A stretch of 64,000 bases of DNA, taken from contig CP051526.1 of the NCBI GenBank assembly GCA_050916045.1, forward strand, positions 3,616,001 to 3,680,000. The letters are read 5' to 3'. The DNA is from Tepidisphaera sp. (lineage in GTDB: Bacteria > Planctomycetota > Phycisphaerae > Phycisphaerales > UBA1924). Positions within the stretch are counted from its first letter, which is position 1. Every line of letters starts with the position of its first letter. Position numbers and translations under genes: made by a program. This document shows, piece after piece, positions 29,085 through 38,404 of this stretch. The notes under the pieces are model-generated. The model was not told where the DNA came from, made no database searches, and was given only the letters and a program-made list of their open reading frames with translations.

Positions 29085-32000
29085 ATGCGCACCATCAGCA
29101 CGGGCCGCTCGTTGTCACTTGGATTGGTTCTGGCGGCTGGCTCAGCAGCGGCGATCGGCGGGTCGGCCTACGGGCAGACGCTGAACTGGCTCAACGCTGC
29201 GGGCGGGGCCGCCGTCACCGCGGGAAACTGGAACCCGGCCCAGATTCCCGGAGCGGGCAACTCGCTCGTCTGGAATCTCGCCAACACCTACACCGTCACG
29301 TTCTCTGGCGCGGTCTCGCAGTCCACCTCGCACACGTTCAAGCGCGGCACCGTCACGCTCGACATGTCCTCGCCTCACACCACCAGCAGCTTTGTCCGCA
29401 TCGGCGACGTCTCGGGCGATTCGGCGACCACGCTCCTCACCGCTGGCACGCTCCACGCGGGCGCGGGCCTGACCATCGGCAACGCCAGCGGGGCCACCGG
29501 GACGCTCACCGTCGACAACGAAGGATCGCTACTCGACACGACCGCTGCGGGGTCTGACATCATCGTCGGCAGCGCGGGCACCGGCACGCTCACCATCAGA
29601 GACGGGGCGTCGGTCGTGCCCGCTGACAACTTCATCGTCGGCTCAGCCGCAACGGGCATCGGAACCGTCACCGTGACCGGGACGGGTGGCCTCCCCATTC
29701 CCGTGCCTCCGTCGCTGCTCGACTTGACAGGATCGGGCAAGGACATCACCGTGGGCTCGCTCGGGGATGGGTTCTTCAACGTCCTCGCCGGCGCACGCGT
29801 GAACGCTGACGAGATGTTCGTCGGGCTCAATCCTGGCTCCAACGGTGCCGTCAACGTCGGCGGCATCGGCGGCATCCTCAACGCCAATTCCCAGATCAAC
29901 ATCGCCACCTCCCTCCACCTTGGCGACAACCCCGGCGCCGGGCTCAGCGGCGGCTCCTCCACGTTCACCGTCAACGACGGCGGCATCGTCACCGTCCTGG
30001 GCACCACACGGATCGGCGACCCCGCGGGCGTCGGCTCGGGCACGCTCACCGTCAACGAGGGGGGCTTCTTCACCACCGGCTCTCTCATCGCGTCAGATTC
30101 GGGCGGGTTTCTCAATCTCCTCGGCGGCGTACTCCAGATTGACGGCGGCTCACTCCAAGTTCGCAACGATGTGCTGACGCTCAATGGCGACGCCGGCGAC
30201 CTCCCGATCATCGCTCTTGCCAACGGGGCTACTTGCACCCTTTCGAACGCTGTCGCTCCTTTCGAGGCCTTGATCGTCGGCAACACGACCCGAGCGACGT
30301 TCAATGTCTTCTCCGGCTCGCGTCTGACCATCTCAGCGGGTGACATCATTCTCGGCAACATCGCCGGGAGCGATGGCCAACTGCAAGTGACCGGCACGGG
30401 CAGCACTGCCACCTTGCCCGCCGCGCGATTCCTTGTCATCGGCGACGCAGGCGAAGGGTCTCTCAACATCCGGAGCAACGGCCACATGACCTCCGGGTCG
30501 GTGAACCTCGGCCGCACCGCCACGGGCGTCGGTTCTGCCACCATCCACCACGGAACTTCTGTTTGGGACATCAACGGCTCTCTCGCCATCGGTGGCACGG
30601 CCGCGGCGGCCTTCGGAACGGGCACCGTCACCATCGGCGGCACCGAAATCCCGGGCAGCACCGTCAATGTCATCTCCGGCGGCTCGAACACCACCAGCGT
30701 CAACGTTTGGGGGTCGGGCGACTCGCTCTCGGTAGAGCAGGGCGGCGAGCTCAACTGTGACGGACATGTGCGTGTGAAGAACGGCGCGGCGTTCAATCTG
30801 GCCGGCGGGACGATCGTGTGCAACGGGCTCTTCCTCGAAGGCGCCGGTTACTCGATGAACGGTCTCCTCTCGGGGAGTCTGTACGTCAACAACCCAAACG
30901 CCACCGTCGAACTGACGGGTGACATGACCATCATTCCGCGCGATGGACTGGGCGGGTTCCTCTCCAACGCCGGCTTCCTGGAGATCGGAGATCATGACCT
31001 TACCGTGGGATCCGCGCAACTCGACAACGCTCACCTCGGGGCCGGCGGCCTTATCTCGGGCGAAGGCGTCGCAGGCGTAGCGTTCGGAAAGACGCTTTCG
31101 GGCGATGGCACGGTCGATATCCGGATCAGCAACGGCGGCTTCATTGTCTCCCAAGGCTCGGGGCTCACCTTCACCAAAGTCCTCACCAGCGTCGGTCAGG
31201 GAATCTCTGGCACAACTATCACCTTCGCGAGCGGCGGCGGGTTCACCGGCTCGGGCACCTTCTCCAACTCCACGCCCATCACGGCCCTCGCCGGGTCGGT
31301 CATCACCGCCACCGGCGACCTCACCATGGGGAGTGCCGCCAGCAACATCGGGTTCAACGGGAACTTCTGTAGCCTCACCATCAACGGAGACTTCGACGTC
31401 ACGCTCAACGATTCCTCTCAGGCGTCCGTCGGCTTCGTCACGTTCCCCGCTTCTAGTTCGGGCACTCCGTCGGTTCGCTGCGCCACAGGACTGGCCGTCG
31501 TAGGCACCGTTTCCGGCACCGGCACCCTTGCCACCGACTCTGACTCGGTGGTGCTGGTCTCCGGGTCACTCAGTCCTCACGGCACCGGCATCGGGGGAAT
31601 CATCCGGCTCGAAGGGGATGCCTCGCTCGGCCCAAACTCCCGGATCCAACTCGATATCCTCGGCGTTGGCTCATCCGATCTGATCCGAACCTTCTCCACA
31701 ACCATGCCCACCCCGCCCTTCATCGACGAGAGCGACATCACGCTCGGCGGAACCCTCGAACTCCGCGTCAACCCGGCCCACACGCCCATCAACGGCGAAG
31801 AGCACACGCTCATCCAGTGCAGCGGCAACTCCGCCGGTGGAGGCCAACTCCTGGGCTCCTTCGCCACGATCATCACGCCTCCGCGCTGGCACATCATCGA
31901 GCGCACGACCGGAGTCGCGGGCATTGGGGTAGAGTCGCTCATCGCCGTCTACTGCCCCGCCGACTTCAACGATGACGGGTTCCTCGATTTCTTCGACTAC

Positions 32001-32126
32001 GACGAGTATGTCGCCTGCTTCGAGACCGGGTCCTGTGGGTTGGGCTCGCCGGACTTCAACGGCGACGGCTTCGTCGACTTCTTCGACTACGACGAGTTCG
32101 TGCTGGCCTTTGAGACGGGGTGCTGA
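29085..32126 (+). CDS. Large Gly/Thr-rich beta-helix adhesin-like protein (T5SS/PEP-CTERM-associated-type repeats) with dockerin-like C-terminus
   Basis: Repeats such as IIVGSAGTGTLTIRDGASV; no autotransporter barrel; dockerin-GC tail. Confidence 0.85.
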   Translation: MRTISTGRSLSLGLVLAAGSAAAIGGSAYGQTLNWLNAAGGAAVTAGNWNPAQIPGAGNSLVWNLANTYTVTFSGAVSQSTSHTFKRGTVTLDMSSPHTTSSFVRIGDVSGDSATTLLTAGTLHAGAGLTIGNASGATGTLTVDNEGSLLDTTAAGSDIIVGSAGTGTLTIRDGASVVPADNFIVGSAATGIGTVTVTGTGGLPIPVPPSLLDLTGSGKDITVGSLGDGFFNVLAGARVNADEMFVGLNPGSNGAVNVGGIGGILNANSQINIATSLHLGDNPGAGLSGGSSTFTVNDGGIVTVLGTTRIGDPAGVGSGTLTVNEGGFFTTGSLIASDSGGFLNLLGGVLQIDGGSLQVRNDVLTLNGDAGDLPIIALANGATCTLSNAVAPFEALIVGNTTRATFNVFSGSRLTISAGDIILGNIAGSDGQLQVTGTGSTATLPAARFLVIGDAGEGSLNIRSNGHMTSGSVNLGRTATGVGSATIHHGTSVWDINGSLAIGGTAAAAFGTGTVTIGGTEIPGSTVNVISGGSNTTSVNVWGSGDSLSVEQGGELNCDGHVRVKNGAAFNLAGGTIVCNGLFLEGAGYSMNGLLSGSLYVNNPNATVELTGDMTIIPRDGLGGFLSNAGFLEIGDHDLTVGSAQLDNAHLGAGGLISGEGVAGVAFGKTLSGDGTVDIRISNGGFIVSQGSGLTFTKVLTSVGQGISGTTITFASGGGFTGSGTFSNSTPITALAGSVITATGDLTMGSAASNIGFNGNFCSLTINGDFDVTLNDSSQASVGFVTFPASSSGTPSVRCATGLAVVGTVSGTGTLATDSDSVVLVSGSLSPHGTGIGGIIRLEGDASLGPNSRIQLDILGVGSSDLIRTFSTTMPTPPFIDESDITLGGTLELRVNPAHTPINGEEHTLIQCSGNSAGGGQLLGSFATIITPPRWHIIERTTGVAGIGVESLIAVYCPADFNDDGFLDFFDYDEYVACFETGSCGLGSPDFNGDGFVDFFDYDEFVLAFETGC

Positions 32127-32206
32127 GCTGCTCGGACACGAAGGCGCTCATCCCGCCCTTCGCGGAACGCGCACCAACGTCGATGCACTTGTTCGATACC
32201 GATGGC

Positions 32207-32244
32207 AAAAAGCCCCGACGGCCGAGAAGGACCGCCGGGGCTTT
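32207..32244. terminator. Bidirectional terminator between convergent genes
   Basis: AAAAAGCCCCGACGG...CCGCCGGGGCTTT. Confidence 0.65.
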
Positions 32245-32271
32245 GGGTTTGAAAAGTCAGCTTCGGGCAGA

Positions 32272-33228
32272 TCAGCGGCGGCGGCGGGCCACCAGAGCGC
32301 CGAGACCGAGAAGAGCGAAGCCCGCGGGGGCGGGGACCTGGACGACGTGGATCGAGGTACCCGCTTCGTCGCCGAGGAAAATCAGGTTGTTGGCTTCATC
32401 GACCGCGACCGACTCAAGTTCATTGATCGGGGCGTAGGCGTTGAGGACCTGGGCAAGACCGATCGACGCGCCGTTGGTGTCGTAGAACGCGAAGCCGTCG
32501 AACTCGCCGACGACGAGGAAGGCCTGGGCCGTCGCGACCGTCTGCCCGGTGAGAGCCTGAGCGAAAGCCGCCGAAACCACCGCGATGCCCTTGGCACCGT
32601 CGATCACCTGGAACGAAGAGGACTGAACAGCCATCGTGTTGGCATCGAAGTAGCGGAGGAATGAGGTGTCGCCCGAGCCGTCCTCAACCCCGACGAACGC
32701 CGAGAGCGAGCCCACCCAGGCGATATCGTCCAGAGCGGGAGAAGCGCTGACAGGGGTGATCATGTTGGACCCGGGAGCGCCCGTGTCAAAGATGCCGAAG
32801 GAATCGGCGCCGCGCGTCTCGATGCCGGTCACGCGAACGCTCGCTCCGGGAGCGAAGGAGCCGTAGCCCGAGCCCGAGGTGTTGATGGTGATGCCTTCGG
32901 GGCCCCAGAGGCCGGCGGGGCCGTTGCCCATCTGGATGGTGTTGAAGGCGCTCAGGTCGCCCGCGGCACCCGGGGTGTAGCGCACCAAGCGTCCGGCGGC
33001 GCGGTTGGCGTCGTGGTCGTGGGAGACGTAGAGCGTGCCGTTGTGGAACGTCATGCCTTCGGCGCCGAAGACGTGGGCCGGGTTGCCCGTTGCGTCGCTC
33101 CGAATGTTCCAGCTCGTCACGCCGTAGTTCGAGCCGTACAGGCTCAGCGTTCCGGTGCCGCTCACAACACCAGCCTGGGCAGCCCCGGCAAGACCCACAC
33201 CGACCAACACGGACAGGATCGTCTTCAT
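32272..33228 (-). CDS. PEP-CTERM-type (VPAPAG) secreted beta-propeller protein
   Basis: Signal peptide; AEGMTF, PEGIT and ELESVAVD blades; ends VPAPAGFALLGLGALVARRRR; AGGAG SD. Confidence 0.88.
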   Translation of the reverse strand: MKTILSVLVGVGLAGAAQAGVVSGTGTLSLYGSNYGVTSWNIRSDATGNPAHVFGAEGMTFHNGTLYVSHDHDANRAAGRLVRYTPGAAGDLSAFNTIQMGNGPAGLWGPEGITINTSGSGYGSFAPGASVRVTGIETRGADSFGIFDTGAPGSNMITPVSASPALDDIAWVGSLSAFVGVEDGSGDTSFLRYFDANTMAVQSSSFQVIDGAKGIAVVSAAFAQALTGQTVATAQAFLVVGEFDGFAFYDTNGASIGLAQVLNAYAPINELESVAVDEANNLIFLGDEAGTSIHVVQVPAPAGFALLGLGALVARRRR

Positions 33229-33346
33229 CGTCTCACTCCTGATTGAATACCATGCTGTGGGATGACGCGTACACCCCAGATTACAGCAGTGTCTCTCGGG
33301 AAACTATAGAGAGAAGCTCATTCCTGACCGTTAGGACTCGGTCAAA

Positions 33347-34408
33347 CTAAGATGGCTGCTTGGGTGGTTTGACTTCCGCGGCCGGGGCCTTGAGATTCAG
33401 GCTGTCCGCAATGTCGGCCCAACTCGCTACTTTAAAGTTCTGATTAACGCCGTCGTTGTCGTCCTGCGCAATGAAGATGCCCTTGGGATAGCGAGGTCCG
33501 AGCGGTGCCGAGAGGACCATGATTCCGTCGGTGTGCGTGACAGGGTCGGCCTTGCCGCCCGACCGAGGGAAAGACAGCTTGAACGAGCCGGTTGGGCGCA
33601 GGGTGCGCCGATCAAACGTCGCGTACCGGTCCTCTCCCTGACAAGACACGACGATCCAGCCTTCGCCGCCCCCCGCGTCGTACAGAGTCACTCCCTCAAC
33701 GTCCGGAGCGAGGCCACCACTGATCCCACCTTCGCTCGCGGCGACGACATCGACAAGCCGTCGCTGCGGCTCATGCGCCGGGTCGAGGCTGTAACGCCAG
33801 AGCCCGACAAGTTCCTCGCCGATGTAGAGAGCCTGGTGGTGGGTGTCCGCGACCATGCCCTCGATCTGACCACCGACCGCGAACTCGCGAACCATCGACG
33901 CACGAAGGCTCGGCGCGGTCAGATCAAGCCTGTAAATCCGGACCACACCCGCTTTGCTCCCCACCACGACGAACGGGGTTCCAGTCGCGGGATCGGCAAA
34001 CGCGCAGAGTCCATAGACCTCGTCCAAGCCGGTCGGAATGATCCCGCCGGGCGCACGCTGGAGTTGTCGTGAAGCCGGATCGACGGTGTAGCACCAGATC
34101 GAGTTATCGGTGCGGTTGGTCGCGACAATCAACGACGCTCCCGAAGGCAGCTCGATCGCATCAACGTTGTTCATGCGGCCGTCGCTCAGCGTCTGCACCG
34201 GCACCCCCTTCAAGTCGTACACGACCAACCCGTCTTTTTTATTGGTCGCAATGATCAAACTCGCCCCGGGATCCGCCGGGCTCCTCCACACGGCGCTGTC
34301 GTCCGCGGCGTCACCCTCGAAGATCATCGGCGATGTCTCGGCGATGCACTCGACGGTCGGAAGCGGGTCCACGAGAATCTGGGCGAGGAACAGGATGGAA
34401 AGCAACAC
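33347..34408 (-). CDS. Beta-propeller phytase (3-phytase)
   Basis: DAADDSAVW, GRMNNVD, VYGLC, QIEGMVAD, DVEGVTLY, TDGI and AQDD..QNFK motifs. Confidence 0.92.
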   Translation of the reverse strand: MLLSILFLAQILVDPLPTVECIAETSPMIFEGDAADDSAVWRSPADPGASLIIATNKKDGLVVYDLKGVPVQTLSDGRMNNVDAIELPSGASLIVATNRTDNSIWCYTVDPASRQLQRAPGGIIPTGLDEVYGLCAFADPATGTPFVVVGSKAGVVRIYRLDLTAPSLRASMVREFAVGGQIEGMVADTHHQALYIGEELVGLWRYSLDPAHEPQRRLVDVVAASEGGISGGLAPDVEGVTLYDAGGGEGWIVVSCQGEDRYATFDRRTLRPTGSFKLSFPRSGGKADPVTHTDGIMVLSAPLGPRYPKGIFIAQDDNDGVNQNFKVASWADIADSLNLKAPAAEVKPPKQPS

Positions 34409-34417
34409 GGAGCCTCC

Positions 34418-34444
34418 TTCACTATCTCTTAACTAATCATTCAT
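34418..34444 (+). promoter_or_regulatory. Pho-box-like triple direct repeat in the phytase/prepilin divergent intergenic region
   Basis: TTCAC (34418), TTAAC (34429) and TTCAT (34440), exactly 11 bp apart. Confidence 0.55.
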
Positions 34445-34493
34445 GCTGACGAGTCGGATCGCGAGTGTAACGCACCTGACAATACGCCCATCA

Positions 34494-35468
34494 ATGCGCA
34501 CGATCCGCCTATCTCGGCATGCATTCACGCTGATTGAACTTCTGGTGGTCATCGCGATCATCGCGTTGCTCATCGGATTGCTTCTGCCTTCCTTGGCCGC
34601 GGCACGCGACGTCGCGCGCACGACGAAATGTTCGAGCAACATCCGGCAGATGGTCGTCGGTGCCGCGTCATACTCCCTTGAGAACAAGGGCTACTACTCC
34701 AGCGGCGGGTGGGACAACCGCCGATTCCGCAGTTGGGGTGCGCTCGACACCTCCGGCTGGGTCGCGGACATGGTCAACGGCGGGTACGCCGTCCCCGGCA
34801 AGGTCCTCTGCCCCACTTCGCCGGCGCGAGGCTCGGAGGTCTGGAACGAGACCAAGGTCCGGGGTGCCGACGCCTGGCGGCAGATCAGCATGGAAGAGCA
34901 GCAGGAACTCATCGCCAAGGGCTACAACACGAACTACACCCAGTCGTGGTACATGGCGTACACGGATCCCAAGACCACGGCTCCGCTCGCCGAGAGCAAG
35001 GACCGCCGGTTCACCAAGGGCCCGCTTCGCGATATCGCGACCGTCAATGCGCCCAACTCGCTGATCCCGATGATCGGGGACACCAAAGCCGAGGAACTCG
35101 ACAGCAACAACTCGCTGGTGATCGACGGCCAGGAGTTTGTGGGCGCGAAGTCCGCAAGCGACGGTCCCTCGCTCGCCCGCCGCCCCGGCGGCGGGAACGT
35201 CAGCGGCCGCCAGATCTATCTCGATTTCGGCGTCGCTCACGGGCGCGGCTCGAAGATCACAACCGGCCAGATCCGTCACGACAAGATTTACGCCAACATG
35301 GGTTTCGTCGACGGGAGCGTTCGGCTCCTCAACGACCTTGGGCGTCGCGATGGGCTGTTTGATTCGACCCCTCAGACACTCGAGAACGGCTGGTCCGTTC
35401 GCGTCTACGACGATCTTGAGGGGCAGATCTACGGCGGCTGGCTCACCCATGTCGGGCTCAACTGGTAG
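34494..35468 (+). CDS. Prepilin-type N-terminal cleavage/methylation protein with H-X9-DG motif (DUF1559-like)
   Basis: [27 protein letters not shown]...[21 protein letters not shown]. Confidence 0.92.
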   Translation: MRTIRLSRHAFTLIELLVVIAIIALLIGLLLPSLAAARDVARTTKCSSNIRQMVVGAASYSLENKGYYSSGGWDNRRFRSWGALDTSGWVADMVNGGYAVPGKVLCPTSPARGSEVWNETKVRGADAWRQISMEEQQELIAKGYNTNYTQSWYMAYTDPKTTAPLAESKDRRFTKGPLRDIATVNAPNSLIPMIGDTKAEELDSNNSLVIDGQEFVGAKSASDGPSLARRPGGGNVSGRQIYLDFGVAHGRGSKITTGQIRHDKIYANMGFVDGSVRLLNDLGRRDGLFDSTPQTLENGWSVRVYDDLEGQIYGGWLTHVGLNW

Positions 35469-35506
35469 CGTCCTGATCCGTCACCTCGTTTCTCCGGAGA
35501 CTGTCC

Positions 35507-36733
35507 ATGCGTTCAACCCTTCTCATCGTGCTCGCCGCCGGCGTGCTTCCCACGACGGCCATCGCCCAGAACACCATTACGCTGTTCGGGCAGGAATACT
35601 CCGTCGCGAGGATCAACTACTCGGCGGAGATTCAGCTCCCCAACATCCCGTTCCCGCAGGACCCCTCGGTCCCCTTCATCGAGTCCGAGGGCATCGTCTA
35701 CACGGGCGGCGACCGGATTCTCATGAGCGCGGACGACATCAGCGACGCGGGGTTCGGCATGCCGGAGAACTGGATCGTCGAAGCGACCCTCCGCTATGAA
35801 TCGGGCGTCGTGGTCGGGTTCCAGGCCGTGCGCACCATCCTGAGCCACGATCTGGCGAGCTTCCCCTACGACCTCAACCCCACCGGAATCTCCCTCAACA
35901 CCGGCTCGACCGGCCTGGGTGCGGGCGGCAACATCATCGCAAGCCTCGGCGACGGTTGGCTCTACGCGTACAGCTATCAAGCGGGGTCCGAAGGGAACCA
36001 ACTGCCGTTTCCGAACGGTTCTGACTGTCTCTCAAGCCCCGCGACCTGCGCGATGAACATCTCGGGCCTCAACACCAACGCGGAGGACCTCACATACGTG
36101 CCGGTCAACGGCGGTGAGATCTTCGTCGCCAACCAGGACACCGAGGGGCTTGAGCGATGGAACGCCGTCACGGGCCAGTTCGTGGGCTCGTTCCCGGTGG
36201 GCGGCGCGGTCCCCGGCGGCCCGGTCGGCGCGGTCGCCAAGGGGCTCGCCTACGTGGCGGACTCGCCGGCGCTCCCGAGCGTGCTGCGGCGTCCCGAGGG
36301 TGTGGTCCTGGTTTGCTTTGACGACAATTTCCCCGCTCTCCAAGCCTTCAGCGTCACGGGCGAACTGCTCGCGACCGAGGTGCTGACGGTCGATGGCACC
36401 GCGTTCGGCACCCCCAAGCTTGATGTGGCCGGCTGCCCCGGCGGGCTTGCGCTCGAGTCGCTGACGGCCGACGCCGCTTCGGGCCGCCTCTTCCTGAGCA
36501 ACCAGGGCAGTTTCACCGACTGCAACTTCCTCTGGGTGCTCACGCCTGTCGCCGGGGGCTGCCCCGCCGATTTCAACGGCGACGGATTCCTCGACTTCTT
36601 CGACTACGACGATTACGTGAACTGCTTTGAGACCGGAACCTGCGGTGACCGCACGGCGGACTTCAACGGTGACGAGTTTGTCGATTTCTTCGACTACGAC
36701 GACTTCGTCGCGGCGTTCGAGTCGGGCTGCTGA
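35507..36733 (+). CDS. Secreted beta-propeller protein with dockerin-like C-terminus
   Basis: Signal peptide; ESEGIVY, NAEDLTY, AKGLAY and LESLTAD blades; dockerin-GC tail. Confidence 0.88.
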   Translation: MRSTLLIVLAAGVLPTTAIAQNTITLFGQEYSVARINYSAEIQLPNIPFPQDPSVPFIESEGIVYTGGDRILMSADDISDAGFGMPENWIVEATLRYESGVVVGFQAVRTILSHDLASFPYDLNPTGISLNTGSTGLGAGGNIIASLGDGWLYAYSYQAGSEGNQLPFPNGSDCLSSPATCAMNISGLNTNAEDLTYVPVNGGEIFVANQDTEGLERWNAVTGQFVGSFPVGGAVPGGPVGAVAKGLAYVADSPALPSVLRRPEGVVLVCFDDNFPALQAFSVTGELLATEVLTVDGTAFGTPKLDVAGCPGGLALESLTADAASGRLFLSNQGSFTDCNFLWVLTPVAGGCPADFNGDGFLDFFDYDDYVNCFETGTCGDRTADFNGDEFVDFFDYDDFVAAFESGC

Positions 36734-36770
36734 GGCAGAAGCGGCCGCATGGCCACACGGCAAAATGAAG

Positions 36771-36804
36771 AAGGGCCCCGATCAATGATCGGGGCCCTTT
36801 CTTT
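36771..36804 (+). terminator. Intrinsic terminator
   Basis: AAGGGCCCCGATCA/TGATCGGGGCCCTT followed by TCTTT. Confidence 0.8.
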
Positions 36805-37140
36805 GGATGCCTTTCCTTGGCCACGTAGCCATTTCCATAAGCCGCCAGCGAAAGCCCGCTGACCGTCACCCCTTCGCCCCCCCCGGGCGCGGGCCACGCG
36901 CGAATCAGCTGACGCCACCAGCACTGACCAACGCTGAACCCGCCCGATAACTGCCCCGAGTCGAACGGCCACCGTGCGGTTCCCTGTGCGATTTCACCGC
37001 CATCGGCGGACGACTCTCTGGCGGCACGGTTCGGGGTGCAGTACCCTTCTCCGGCCGCGAGCGTGCAACGTGTTTGCACCGCTTCGGACACGCGGGCTTG
37101 ACCAATCGGCCCGACCGGTTCGCGATCGAGGGAGATCAGA

Positions 37141-38355
37141 ATGACCACGCAGAACTTGGGGTGTTCGCACGCGAGCTCGGCAAGCTTTGTCCGCGCGGCG
37201 GGAGCGATCGGCGAGGGCTTTGGAGCGATCGGCGTGACGATTGGCGCCCTCGCCGTGACGTGCGGTGCCGCGGCGGCGTTCGCTCAGCCTCAGCCCGTTG
37301 CGTGGTATCAGTTCGAAGGGTCGCTGGTCGATTCCGGTCCTCTTGCGATCAACGGCGTCGCAGAGGGGCCGGTAAGCTTCGCACCCTCACCCAATGGCCA
37401 TGGCCTCTTGGTGCGCGACGGTCGAGTGTCGTTGGGCAACACCTCGTTTCTCCACTTGTACCAGCCGATGGCTCTCACCGCATTGATTCGCGCGGAGCCC
37501 AACAGCATGTACGGCACCTTCATCTCTCATGGTGCGGGTGGCTTTATCTTTTACGTACGACCGACGGATGGGCGACCAACGACCTCTCTGTCATTTGGTC
37601 GACAGGGCTACGGATCGCCGGGCCCGGGCGGAGTCGTGAGCACCGACGGGGCGGCCGACCCCAACCCGATCGTCGTCGGGAGATTTCATGCCGTTGCGGC
37701 GGTTTACGATGCTTCCGTAGTGTCATTGTATATCGACGGCGTTCGCGTGGTGACTGGACCGCTCGCTGCCAACTTCTTTGACGTTGTCAACTCGCTCAGA
37801 ATCGGCGGTGACCCCACGATTCCAAGTCTTGAACAATTCAGGGGTGTAATCGACGAGGTTCGGTTCTTCAATCAAGCTCTGACGCCGTGCGAGATCGAAC
37901 TGATCGCAATGCGAGACCTGACCCTGTCGGTCCTGAACGCTTCAGTTTGTCCGAACGGCACTGCGAACTTCGCTGTCTCTCCCTTCGGAGTTGGACCGTT
38001 CACATACGCATGGAGGAAAGAGGGCAATCCGATCGACCCCCTCACCAATCCCTCCGCCGCCACTGCCACCCTGGTGCTCACCAACGTCGGCCCCGCCGAC
38101 GAGGCGAGCTACGACTGCATCGTGACCAACGCCTGCGGCAGCGTGACCAGCGATGCCGCCACGCTCACGATCTGCGCCGCCGACTTCAACTGCGACGGGT
38201 TCCTCGACTTCTTCGACTACGACGATTACGTGAACTGCTTCGAGACCGGAGCCTGTGGTGGGGGCGGTGGGGGCACCGCCGACTTCAACGGTGACGACTT
38301 CGTCGACTTCTTCGACTACGACGCCTTCGTCGTCGCATTCGAGACAGGGTGTTGA
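37141..38355 (+). CDS. LamG/concanavalin-like domain + Ig domain + dockerin-like protein
   Basis: FHAVAAVYD...LYIDG...LRIG...FRGVIDEVRFFNQALT; YDCIVTNACGSVTS; dockerin-GC tail. Confidence 0.88.
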   Translation: MTTQNLGCSHASSASFVRAAGAIGEGFGAIGVTIGALAVTCGAAAAFAQPQPVAWYQFEGSLVDSGPLAINGVAEGPVSFAPSPNGHGLLVRDGRVSLGNTSFLHLYQPMALTALIRAEPNSMYGTFISHGAGGFIFYVRPTDGRPTTSLSFGRQGYGSPGPGGVVSTDGAADPNPIVVGRFHAVAAVYDASVVSLYIDGVRVVTGPLAANFFDVVNSLRIGGDPTIPSLEQFRGVIDEVRFFNQALTPCEIELIAMRDLTLSVLNASVCPNGTANFAVSPFGVGPFTYAWRKEGNPIDPLTNPSAATATLVLTNVGPADEASYDCIVTNACGSVTSDAATLTICAADFNCDGFLDFFDYDDYVNCFETGACGGGGGGTADFNGDDFVDFFDYDAFVVAFETGC

Positions 38356-38404
38356 GCCGGATCGCCTCTCGCGTTGACGATCGAGCGTTCGGGAAGGATA
38401 AACG

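Noticed and set aside
33325..33345. Third Pho box upstream of the PEP-CTERM gene
   Set aside because: There are only two weak units (TTGAC, CTAAC), and the same bases form a TGACCG/CGGTCA hairpin right after the phytase stop, so it is ambiguous.
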